Source: Azolla caroliniana (lineage: Eukaryota > Plantae > Polypodiophyta). From it: a DNA stretch of 64,000 nucleotides. Location: the NCBI GenBank assembly GCA_043228905.1, contig JBHGNT010000092.1:1-64000 (forward strand). Reading direction: 5' to 3'. The notes beneath the pieces are model-generated. The model did not search any database. It was not told the DNA's origin and worked only from the letters and a program-made list of their open reading frames with translations. Both the position numbers and the translations under genes were made by a program. Below are positions 46,941 to 58,645 of the stretch, piece after piece; position 1 is the stretch's first letter; the number at the start of each line of letters is the position of its first letter.

Positions 46941-49934
46941 CATAGATTGTCCTTCTAATTCTTAAAATTTTCCCGTGTTTTTAGAAGCATCACCTACAAA
47001 TGATGATGATTTATTTTTATTATTTTCATAAAACCTAAATGAGAATATCCTTGAAATGCATACGAGAGTGGTGATATTTGGCATCAAACATTGACATGAC
47101 ATCATAAGACTAGGTGGTGCAATTTTTTTAACAAAAAAAAAAAAAACATATCTTTCCATTAGTTTAAAAAAACCATATCAACTACAAAATACAAAATGAT
47201 GGAAAGGAGATGATTATCCTTCCCCAACCCGTCTTGTATAAGACACTAGCTAGCCATGAATCCTTCTTTTGATAGACTTGATTGAACACTTCTTCAATAG
47301 TTGAAATATACCATGAATTTGCCATATGTTCAAACCAAATCAATCTTCCTCATCATGTTTATATTCAACATCTCCCGATACCACCTTTGGGTCATCACAT
47401 GCATCCAATATACCCCCACATTTACAAATTATGACCAAGCATCCTCTATTTTCCATATTCAACGTAAAACTCAATCAAAGCATTATGGTATAGAGGTCAT
47501 TTTGTATGTCTTGATCCATGATTCCAACATGTATAAACATGTCGTCATGTACAACCATGTGATCAACACCCACTTTAAGGGATCTCAGCCCTTTGAATAG
47601 TTTATATGCATATGATAACCTTCCACATGTTGCCTGCAAATCAACACTGCTTCATGACACCATCCATCACATAAAAAGAAACAGACTTCTTCCGAATGCA
47701 TACATAAGAGCATCCCCCTCCACCTATTTCAATGAATCCATCCATGTTTCAATAACAGCTAACATATCCCCATGTTTCATATCGGTGGAGGAAATACCTA
47801 GAGAGGTGGCTGATACCTCCAACGTATACAAGAATTAACCATGTAAAATACATTCATCCTTTCACATGTCTTCTTAAAAACCTCTTTCTTTCAAAGGATT
47901 ACATCTTAATAACCCTTGATAGAGTCATACTCTCCTTTTAGTGTATGTACCAAGGTCAACCAAATCTCCTTGATTACCTCCACAACATTCCATTGAATTT
48001 GTTGAAATATCCTTCGACATCTACTAGTCCACAAAACCCACAACGTTATGGAACTAATAGTCTCCCAAACCACCCCATTTTGTATTGAATTACTATGCAT
48101 ACACAACAACACTTCCTCAACATATCGACCTCTTGTATGTAATGCAAAGGTAACATTTTCTTGTTCATAATCTTGTATCTTACCCTTAATAGCAGCCCAC
48201 ATCACTGCTCCCCATTTATATACTCTAGAGCCATATACATCATGCAATAAACGTAATATCCTTTTCCAAAACAATTTAGCCGCCATACATGACCATAATA
48301 GGTGATGAAGAGACTCCATCTCTAATCCACAAAAATCACACATTTTATCTACATCCTTACAATGCATCCAAACCCTAACAGGAACCGCATAATGAACAAT
48401 CAGCCATCTAAATAAAATCTTTGGAATTTGCATAGCCCATAACCATTTCCAATATGTTGTCATATAAGTAGAATCAACATTATAACTCAACTATGTTGTA
48501 GCTGTTATCGGTCAATGAGGTATCTTACGTCGTAACATCTCCCTTCCCAATCGAACCGAATATTGAAAAAACGGCTTCGGCCTAACATCCCCCCCCAAAA
48601 TATGAAGAAGGTAACCACTTCCATTCCCCTAGATCCCATTCCAATTCACATAATGGTTTTTTGCCCACTACCCATAGATCCCCCACCATGGATGAACAAC
48701 ATTAGGATAAGGGTCTAGGGTCCAAATCTTATCTACCTTGGCTAGAATTCTAATGGCTTTTAATGTAGCCTCAACGAGACATTCATCTTCTAGGGGGATC
48801 AACACAATCGTCCATCTTGTAAAACATCATAACTCAAGAAAGAATCCTTATCTATAAGGCCACAGACTCCAAGTAAAATTTGAAAATTTGAAAATGTTGA
48901 GCAGCAAGTGAGCCGGTGAGCAAGTGAGCCGGTGAGTTGGGGGCCGGTTAGCCGGATCCATCAGTAACCAGACACCTAGTAGCAGCCTAGACTATTAGGT
49001 AGTTAATGTCTCATAGTTAGTGTCAGATGCTTGTGTGAGCATTGAAGTACACCGTACTTCTGTCAGTCTATATGGACTTGTATAGAAGTGTTCGCTGAAC
49101 ACATATGATGTACAGAGTATTACAGAGAGTTGTTATTGTTCTGAATAGAGTCTTGTGTCTTCACTCTCTCTCTCTCTCTTTGACTCTCCCGCATATTGTG
49201 TATATTCAAGCTCTCCATTAAACCTGCGTATTTTTTGTGTCTTCAGTTTTCTACTTGCTTCCACACGCTATTCTTTACATGGTATCAGAGCGAGAGGGTT
49301 GAGAACCTCTGCAGCCGACATAGCTTGAAAGGAAAACCAACCAAGAAGAACAGGTAAAACTGATGGATAGAGGCATGGCTAGCTCGCTTACGACGGATAA
49401 GCTCGACAAAAACAACTACGCGTCTTGGTCCTACAAGATGTACCAGTACTTGCTCGGGCACGGTTACTGGAGCTATGTCGACGGAGCAAATGACACAGCA
49501 CCCAAATCGACACACAGAGATTTCCCGGTGTGGGAACAGTCGGCGAGCAGAGTACTGTACTGCTTCGCGTCTTGTGTGGGCGAACAACTCCTAAGCTACA
49601 TTTGGGATGCAAAAATGCCGAAAGATGCTTGGGGAAATCTAAAGAAGATTTTCACCGCAAGCACTATAGCCATGAAGCTTCAACTTCGATAGGAGCAGAG
49701 AAACCTATGACAACGCGACTTGTCGGTGGCAAAGTACACCTCCAAAATCCAGGACATTTACGACTCCTTGGCCTCCATCGATAAGAATATCGAAGAAGCT
49801 GATATGGTGCAAATCTGTCTCGAAGGTTTGGCGTCAAAGTTCGGAGCGTTCCGAACTGCTGTGTGTACAGGGGAGAATACGCCGTCATTTTTCGACTTAC
49901 AATCGATGCTCCTTGTGGAGGAGGACCACGTCGG

Positions 49935-51129
49935 TGTCGTGAAGATTCGTCACTACGCGCGAATCGTGAGGCAGAACCGCCGGGGTTCTGGACCGGAAGG
50001 ACTCGAAGTTTGCACTAGCTTTAACGAGAAAGGATTTAAGATAGATTGAAAGAGAGAGATTGAGATAAGATAAAATGCTTAACTTTAGATTGAGAGAGAG
50101 ATTAAGATCGAACTCTTGACTTTAGATTTGAAGAACAAGATTAATACATCAATTGGATAATGAATTTTCTTCTTAATATTAGTTTTAATATAAAGTACAA
50201 CGCTCTTGATAAGAATTTAACATTCCCATTTCATCTTTTTCCCCTCCTCTTTTATAGATGCCCTCATGCATTTGAGGGTACAAGACATGCATAAAATGCA
50301 TGTTTGCCATTTGGCGCTCATGTATTACATGTAGTGCATGATAACCACGTCACTCATTTTAGCTCTCATGTATGAGAATTTACATGTAAAGTTATAGTGA
50401 TAAAAATATAAACTCTAAAGAAATGGTTTGCCTTAGTGGTAAGCCTATTGACTCTCAACTTGGAGGTGTAAGGTTCAAATCCTTACTTTCCCTCCTTGTG
50501 TATATGTATAAATATTTATTTATTTATTTATCTATCTAGCCACCGGTCGTCGGTTGCCGGATGTCGATTACCGTCCAGTCGTCGGTTACTGTTCAGACAC
50601 CGAATGCCGGTTCCGTCGTCGGATGTCGGTTACCGTCCGGTCGCTGGATGTCGGTTCCATTGTCGAACGCCAGATCTTGGTTATGTTGCCGGTTGCTGGC
50701 GGCTCTGTCGCCGGTCCAGTTTTGGTTGGCCAAAACCCTTTTGCAAGTAGCCAGGCCACACCCATTCATCCAATAGCTTAGTTCAAGTCACCTTGACATC
50801 TCTGTGTTCCACACATAGACACAAAGATAATAGCTTTTGCTCTACCTTATATATGGTGAGATCCTTATTTCTTGTCTATGTGGGATATCTTACAACTTTA
50901 TTTTTCTCTTTGTCTTTGTAAACTTCCTACCCACATAAGTTGACACTTGGATGTCCGTTTCTTATGTAGTAAAGTGTATCCGAAAGCTCTTCAAGACCTC
51001 CATCTTTTTGTACTAAGATATTAAACTTACTTAAAATTAGCATCTTCACTATTATTGTTTTATATAAATCACACTCGATTTTGTACGTTTTATGTGATTT
51101 TCACACCATTGCCGAAAATCTTCATGACA
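49935..51129. mobile_element. Non-coding TG...CA element, copy A (1195 bp), inserted in Copia #2 gag
   Basis: Termini TGTCGTGAAGATT / AATCTTCATGACA, 4-bp flanks TCGG (49931-34) and CCGG (51130-33). Removing it restores colinearity with Copia #1. Homologous to 53426-54517. Confidence 0.9.
50420..50495 (+). other. tRNA-like (possibly tRNA-Glu(CTC)-derived) Pol III module inside element copy A
   Basis: A-box-like TTAGTGGTAAG, GACTCTCAAC loop, and T-arm GTAAGG-TTCAAAT-CCTTAC (B box). No intact acceptor stem. Confidence 0.65.
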
Positions 51130-53425
51130 CCGGTGTGAAAACAAGTGCACCCACTAACAACCGGATGTTGTACATGGAGGCGGATCGGCCTCGTGCGTGT
51201 GGTGGTCGAGGCGGGTAGGCTTGCAATGGTAGCGGCCGGCAAGTGCAGGACCGAAGGCACGAAAAACGTGCTGACAACAGTTCCAGACCCTCCACGCGTA
51301 GGGGGAGTCAAGGCAGAGCCGGAGGCCGGAAAGCAAAGGCCGACACGGAATGTTGGTACTGTGGTAAAAAGGGCCACAGAGAAAGCGAGTGCTGGCAGAA
51401 GCGCGCCGATTCGGATAGATCCGGATACGACAAGGCCGGTAGAGAGAACTGACAATACTCGCACTACACAGAAGGATCAGGAGGATCCAAAACCGGAAAA
51501 GCCGGTAAAGGGCTAGCTTTGGTGATGAAACACGAGGTTAACTCGATGAAGAAGACCACTTCCAAATAGGAGGAAGTGTGGTACGTTGATTCTGGTGTGT
51601 CGAATCACATGACGAGCCATAAAGAGTGCTTCTCCCTTTTGGAGAAATCGGAACAACTGGGATTCGTCAAAACCGGAGACGACACTCCTCACCCAAGTGG
51701 GAGTCCGCGCATGAGCTGTATTTTGGACGCACGCCAAATTTGAGACACCTTCGGATATTCGGTAGCATTGCATATGTGCATGTGCCGGAAGAGAAGCAGC
51801 GGAAGTTGGATGCAAAGTCGAAGAAATGCATCCTGGTCGGTTACTCGCATGAGAAAAACGGGTATAAGTGTTATAATCCCTGGACGAAGCCGGTCCGAGT
51901 TAGCCGGGATGTTGAGTTTGATGAGACGACATCATGGTATGCCTTACTGGCTCCGACTTCTGACCCCGACCCGATACCCGAGGATGAGGCTGAACCTGTC
52001 CAGATGAAGATGAAGACCTTGGCACTCTAGAAGAGAGTCCAATCTCATTTCGGTTAAGTGAACCGAATGAGTGGCTGAGTCGGGATGACCAGTCGGATGA
52101 GGAACCAACGAGTAATGGAGACTTTGTCGTGCTCTCCCTACGCAAGGAACCGAGGAGACGGTTCACGCGCAAAGAGAAGGGGAAGACGAAGATGTTGGAA
52201 TACGAAACCGACAACGTTGAGTCGGAATGGAGCGATTCCGACTCCGGAAAAGATGAAGGCGGATCTTCGGGAACGAAGTCCGACCTGGCCAAGAAAGGCC
52301 CCAAACCGGATAATACCAAGTTACGCCGGTCTTCCCGCCTGAAGAACCCCGTGACGCGGTACGGGTATAATGAGTACATGGCGCATCACTATGCGTACAT
52401 GACCAGGGTGGCGGAAGTGCGTGAGCCGGAGAGTTACGCAGAAGCGGCAAAGAACACAAATTGGCGTGCTAATATGGAGGAAGAGATGCGGGCACTTGAT
52501 GCCAACGACACATGGGAGCTAGTTGACCCTTCTCGACACTGTAAACCGATCGGATGTAACTGGGTGTACAAGGTAAAGTACAATGCCGACAATTTGGTTA
52601 ACCGGTACAAGGCCCGGTTAGTGGCGAAGGGATACGCGCAGACCCACGGAATCGATTACGACGAGACCTTCGCTCTGGTAGCGAAGATGACGACGGTTCG
52701 TGTGGTGCTAGCAGTTGTTGTGGCAAGGGGGTGGCATCTTCACCAAATGGACTTGAAGAATGCATTTCTTTAAGGCGTACTGGGATCGAGGTGATTCGAA
52801 CCCCCGACGGCATACTGCTCTCACAAAGAAACTATATGTTGACTATCATGTACAAGTTCGGCATGACGGAATGCCGACCGATCTCCACACCCCTGGACCG
52901 GAACCAGAAGCTCCATTCTGACTTTGGACCAGCCTGCGATGAGAAGCGGTTCCGACAAATCGTCGAAAGCCTTATATATTTGACAATCACCTGATTTGAC
53001 ATCAGTTATCTGGTCGGTGTGATCAGCCAATATATGGAGAAGTCGATCATGGAGCACCTTCTGTGCGCGCATCGAATTTTGCGCTATGTGAGCGGCACGA
53101 AGGAATGAGGACTGTTATATCGGCATAGTATAATCGAAGAGCTAGTCGGCTACACCGATGCCGACTGGGCCGGTGATGCATCGGATCGCCGATCCACCTC
53201 AGGCTATATGTTTTCCCTTGGTAGCGTGGTTGTTGTGTGGAGCAGCAAAAAGCAGCCAATAGTGGCCCTTTTGAGCACTGAGGCTGAATACCGGGGCACT
53301 AACGTTTCCACTTGTGAAGCCATTTGGCTTCGGCAACTGATGCAAGACCTGCGGATCAAGGTGCCGACCCCGATCCTGATCTACTGCGACAACATAAGCA
53401 ACATGCAGCTCGCCAAGAACCCCGT

Positions 53426-54517
53426 TGTCGTGAAGATCCGTCACTACATGCGGATCACGAGGCGAAACCGTCGGGGTTCTGGACTGGAAGGATTCGAAGT
53501 TGCACAAGCTTTAGCGAGAAAGTACTTAAGATAGATTGAAAGAGAGAGAGAGATTGAGATAAGATAGAACACTTGATTTAGATTGAGAGAGAGATTAAGA
53601 TTGAACTCTTGATTTTAGATTTGAAGAACAAGATTAATACATCAATTAGATAACGAATTTTCTTCTTAATATTAATTTTTGCCTTGATAAGAATTTTACA
53701 TCCCAAAATCACCCTTTGATCTTTTTCATCCCCGCTTTTATAGATGCCCTCATGCATTTGAGGGTTCAAGACATGCACTCATTTTAGCTCTCATGTATGA
53801 GAATTTACATGTAAAGTTACAATGATAAAAATATTATTTCAAGAAAATGTCTTGGGTTAGTGGTAAGTCTATAGACTCTCAACTTGGAGGTGCAAGGTTC
53901 AAATCCACACTTGCACTCCTTGTGTACATATATGTGTATACATATATATATATACATATATATATTTATTTACTTATATATCTATCCGGTCGTCGGATGC
54001 CGCTGGTTACCGTCGGTCGTTGGATGACGTCGGATCCGTCCGGTCACCGATTGCCGGCTCCATCCGGTTTCTGGTTCTATCGTAAGCCGATTTGAGTTTC
54101 TTCACCAACCGATTCGGGCACTTAGCCACATCCGGCGATTTAACCACATATGTCCATCTAGACAAAAGTGGCTCAAGTCCAACTATTTCTTATGTGCTCT
54201 TAACACATAGATGAATTATGATGGATCTCAATCTGCTTGTATAGCTGGGCTTAAACTTTTCCTTTCTATGTGAGATATTTCACAATTTTATTTTTCTCTT
54301 TTCCTTTGCAAACTTCCTACCCACATAACTTGAGACTTAGATGTCTGTTTCTTATGTAGTGAGGTGCATTCGAAAGCTCTTGCAGATCTCCATCTTTTTG
54401 TACTAAGATATTAAACATATTTAAAATAGTATTTTCACTGTTATTGTTTTATATGATTCTACTCAATTTCGTATGTTTTATGCGATTTTCACACCATTGC
54501 CGAAAATCTTCACGACA
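53426..54517. mobile_element. Non-coding TG...CA element, copy B (1092 bp), inserted in Copia #2 RNase H
   Basis: Perfect 12-bp inverted termini TGTCGTGAAGAT / ATCTTCACGACA and perfect 4-bp TSD CCGT (53422-25 and 54518-21). It splits AKNPV|FHARTKHIEV. Confidence 0.92.
53845..53920 (+). other. tRNA-like Pol III module inside element copy B
   Basis: TTAGTGGTAAG...GACTCTCAACTTGGAGGTGCAAGGTTCAAATCC, conserved with copy A. Confidence 0.65.
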
Positions 54518-57500
54518 CCGTATTCCATGCTCGCACAAAGCACATAGAAGTGCACTACCACTTCGTGCATGAGTGTGTCCTGAGCGGTGAAGTCGAACTT
54601 CGGTATGTTCATACGGATCGGCAGGTTGCCGACATCTTCACCAAACCACTCGGATCAGACAAGTTGCAACACTTCACCGAAATGCTTGGTGTTCAGTATC
54701 TCGACGTGCCACACTTGAGGGGGAGAACGGGCAAAGGCAAAGAAACTGCCGATTGCACCGGTGAGGGAAGAACCGACAAAGGGAGAGACCGGAAGAAGAA
54801 GGCCAAGACCCGGACATGGTCCGATGTTATGAAGGGCTTGAAACCCGATGTGGTGAAGGGCCTGGAACCGGAAGACGAATCAAGAGCGACTGATTCAGAC
54901 AAGAGCTGGAACGAGTCGGAGGCAACCGAGTCGGTTCAACAGACAGATTCGGAAGAACCGGATCAACTGGAGGTCAAGTGGACGAGAATGCAGCGGAAGT
55001 CGACGCCAACATGGAGGAACTGGCGGGTCGACAAGCGCCAGAGTCACAGCAATGAGGGAGCTAAATTGGGCCTATTGAGCAGACAAGCCGACCGAGGAGG
55101 TCGAGGCGCGTAGAACTAGAGGGGTCTCGGCAAACGGGACTGGACCGGACAAGGAGCTCGAGCGAGGCGAAGTGACACTAGATGGAGCCGGGTGGAAGTA
55201 CCGGCTGCCATGGAGACTGACATTGCGATCTGACCTCAAGTTGAGCTTGAGGGGGAGTGTTGAGCGGCAAGCTCAACCGGATCCGAATTGGCTGAATAAG
55301 CCTAACCCTGATCGACATCCAAAAGGATGAGCCAGTGAGCTAGGGAGCCGGCTAGCCGGATCCATCAATAACCGGAAGCCTAGTAACAACCTAGACTACT
55401 AGGTAGTTAATGTCTCATAGTTAGTGTCAGATGCTGTGTGAGCATTGAAGTACACCGTACTTCTGTCAGTCCGTATGGACTTGTATAAAAGTGTTACACA
55501 TACGATGTACAGAGTATTACAGAGAGTTGTTATTTTTCTGAATAGAGTCTTGCGTCTTCACTCACTCTCTCTCTCTCTGACTCTCCTGCGTACTGTGTAT
55601 ATTCAAGCTCTCCATTAAACCTGCATATTTTTTCTGTCTTCGGTTTTCTACTTGCTTCCGCATGCTATTCTTTACAGAAAATAATCCCACCCACTTATGA
55701 CAATGAGAATGTATGTTATCCATCAAGGGTAGACGCAATTTCCTTAACTCATCAACTATCATCTTTCCTCCTCTTACTCCTCTATATTCTTGTTGCATAA
55801 TATCTGTAGGATTGTGAACAAAACGTCGCCACTTACTAAGTGATGAGGCAAAAGATGAATCCACTTGAGCCCAATTTAATCTCACTCTCCTCCCCAACAT
55901 AGATCCTTCATCACCTAGAAATAAAGGATTCGAAACCGAGGGTTGATGTAACCATTCATCCATCGAAGTGGGCAAGAATTGTTGCAAATTATCTTTCATT
56001 GACCACCAAGCTCACTTTATCGCAGCAAAGAACCTATCATTCTAAAATACTATATTATGCGAATGAAAGTTAGGAATAAACCACCATCGAAGAGACCTTG
56101 TCCATTCACCTCCATATTTTGGGAAAACCTCTTTCATTCTTAACTGAAGAAGCATCTTCCACGGTTCATTTCCTGGTAGTAAACCTCGCACTATAAATTT
56201 TGCCAATAGTGCCTTACATTGCATAAGAGGATCTACCAAACCTAAACCCCCTTGAGAGGTCGACGCTATAATAGTTATCCAAGCTACCTTCGGTCTAACA
56301 TTCTTAAAATCAGTAGAACCCCATAACAAATTTCTAATCAACCGTTGTAACTTTGACAACAAAGATCTGGAGAATAACCAAGAGGACATAATATACCACA
56401 TTGAGGAGAGTAATACTTGATTAGAAATAACTAGCCTCCCCACCAGTGATAAACTCTTAGAACTCTAAAAGATTAATTTTTTCCTCAAAGAAATTAGTAA
56501 CGGTTGAATATGAGCTTCTAGGGGAAGATTAATTCCCACTTGACACCCTAAATATCTCACTGGAAAGCCTTTTGGTATCCAACGAAATCCAACGTCTGGA
56601 CACCAAGTAGGAGTAAGACCTTCCCCAACCCAAAAGCCCACTGACTTGTGCCAATTAATAATGGCACCTGAAGCATCACAGAAATCATGGATCACATTTT
56701 GCACCTTACAAAGATTTTTGTCATCTCCTACAACATACAATGTTGTGTCATCTACAAATTCACAATCTAACACAACCTCCTCCAGACCTAGCCACTGTAT
56801 ACCCTTAATAGATGACTTATTCTTATACAAGAATGTGCTAAAGGCTTATCCTACGAATAGAAATAAATATGGAGCCAAAGGACATTCTTGTCTCACAGAT
56901 CTAGTAATCGGAAAATTATTACTTAGTGCTCCACCAACAAGAACTCGACTAGATGCTGAAGTATATAATGCAAAAACAGCCTTAATATAATCACATGGAA
57001 TACCTATACAACCCATAACCTCATATAAAAAATTCCAATCGACTTTGTCATAAACTTTCTCAAAATCCAAAAGCAATATTGCTAAGTCTTGTTTTGTTTC
57101 TTCCGCTACTGCTATCATCTCCCAAAACATGAAAATATTATCAAAGATACTCCTTTCTTGTATAAAGCCCGTCTGATTCTTATGTATAATATGTGGAAGA
57201 AAAGGCTGCAAACGAATAGCTAATAATTAGCATAAACTTTATATATTGTGTTTAAAATAGTTATAGGCCTCCATTTCTTAATATCATCCATCACACTTTC
57301 TACCTTTGGAATCAAATAAATCATTCCTTCATTCCACTCAATAGGCATCCTTCCCAAATGAAAAACCTCTTGTAAAGCGGCTATGAAAGCATCGGTTATA
57401 TCATCCCAATACTCTAAAAAGATTTTTGGTGATAATCCATCATTTCTTGGGCATACATTCTTCCCAACAACCACACATGCAGCTCTTACCTCTGTAGAAG

Positions 57501-58252
57501 AGATTTCCTTTACCAATGATTTAGCCATCTCATGTGAGACCTTATGTTCCAAACAATCTAAAACACTTTTTCTTTTTTGAATTTGTTGATCCAAAAATTG
57601 TTGGGTTGTAAGTAGATTTTTATAAAAGGTCGTGGCAATGTCCCTCATTTCATTCGTGTCCTTTGTAATTGACTTATCTTCCCTTTGTAGTTGTCTTCTA
57701 CAATTACCTGAATGAACACCTTTATGATATGCGAAAAAATCAGAATTCACATTATCAGCTAATCGAGTCCACTATGAAGCAATAGCATGAAACTTTGTTT
57801 GAAATATCTTGTCTTCTAAACATATTAATTCATTTCTTATGTGACCCAACTCCAATTCAACCCAAGCTGCATGTGGACATTTTTCCTGAAAATGTTGAAG
57901 AGACCTCAAAGCCCTCCTATTAGCAGCCATTCTCAACTTACATTGCTCCACAGTCTTACATACTTTCAATCTAAAAAAATTCGAAGTACCCTGAATAGCA
58001 AAGTTGACCCTTTGCAAGACATTTACAACAAATGTATTTTGCCATTTACACATCTGTAAAATATCATGCCTAAAGGATGTATCCAAATAGATCGATTTTG
58101 GAATACGACCACAACTATTTTTATGATATGGTTGTTTTCCAACTACCATAATCACAGGTGCATGATCAGAGAATAAAGAGCCTGATATAATACCAATCTC
58201 CCCACCCTTTTTGACAAAAAAATCATGAATGTATATTCTGTCCAAACGTGAT

Positions 58253-58645
58253 TGTTATCTCTTAGGGCCGGACAATGGCCTAACACAGGGTGTCTATGGA
58301 AGACACTTCACCAAAGGGTGTTACGGCAACAGGATTAGACTCAACGATTAATCCGACTTAATTAAGTTACTTAGCATGATCATTTTTCATAATCACACGC
58401 GTAAGATATAACAATTAAGGCAGAACAGCAATCAACACAGAGAGATAACAACACTAAGCTTTATTAATTAACCACTATTCATTACATTGTATCCGGGCCT
58501 TTAAATAGGTTTCCGGTCTGTATTACAAAACGATGCCATCCGCACCTGTTCGGGATCGGTCCGGATCCGGAACGGCATACCGATTCCGGTCCGTCCGTCC
58601 ACACTCATAGCTTAATTACAACCACATTCCTACTACTTAAATAAC
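58253..58645 (-). repeat. Gypsy 3' LTR (~393 bp)
   Basis: Plus strand TGTTAT...ATAAC (terminal A apparently lost) next to the minus-strand purine tract GTGGGAAACGGGGAG. L1 homology stops exactly at 58252. Confidence 0.78.

Larger units (their letters stand above)
48895..55676 (+). mobile_element. Ty1/Copia LTR retrotransposon #2, related to #1, internally deleted, with two nested insertions
   Basis: LTRs 48895-49279 and 55258-55676, TSD GAAAA (48890-94 and 55677-81), PBS TGGTATCAGAGC 49280-91, PPT 55249-57, gag MDRGMASSL. The integrase core is missing near 51695 and the RT core near 52780. Confidence 0.95.
47123..58252 (-). mobile_element. Degenerate L1-type LINE (endonuclease C-terminus, RT, zf-RVT) interrupted by Copia #2 and cut at its 5' side by the Gypsy element
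   Basis: RLDRIY...SDHAPV (57772-58252), WRPITILN, LDFEKVYD, VRQECPLAPYL, FVDD, RYLG, GGLGL (55682-57750), CDFC..EMESLHHLLWSC and EYDSIKG (47906-48490). 3' motif and A-tail at 47123-47165. Confidence 0.88.

Noticed and set aside
50420-50495. Functional tRNA gene
   Set aside because: Acceptor and anticodon stems do not pair, so it is treated as a tRNA-derived module. The same applies to 53845-53920, 5511-5580 and 36026-36090.
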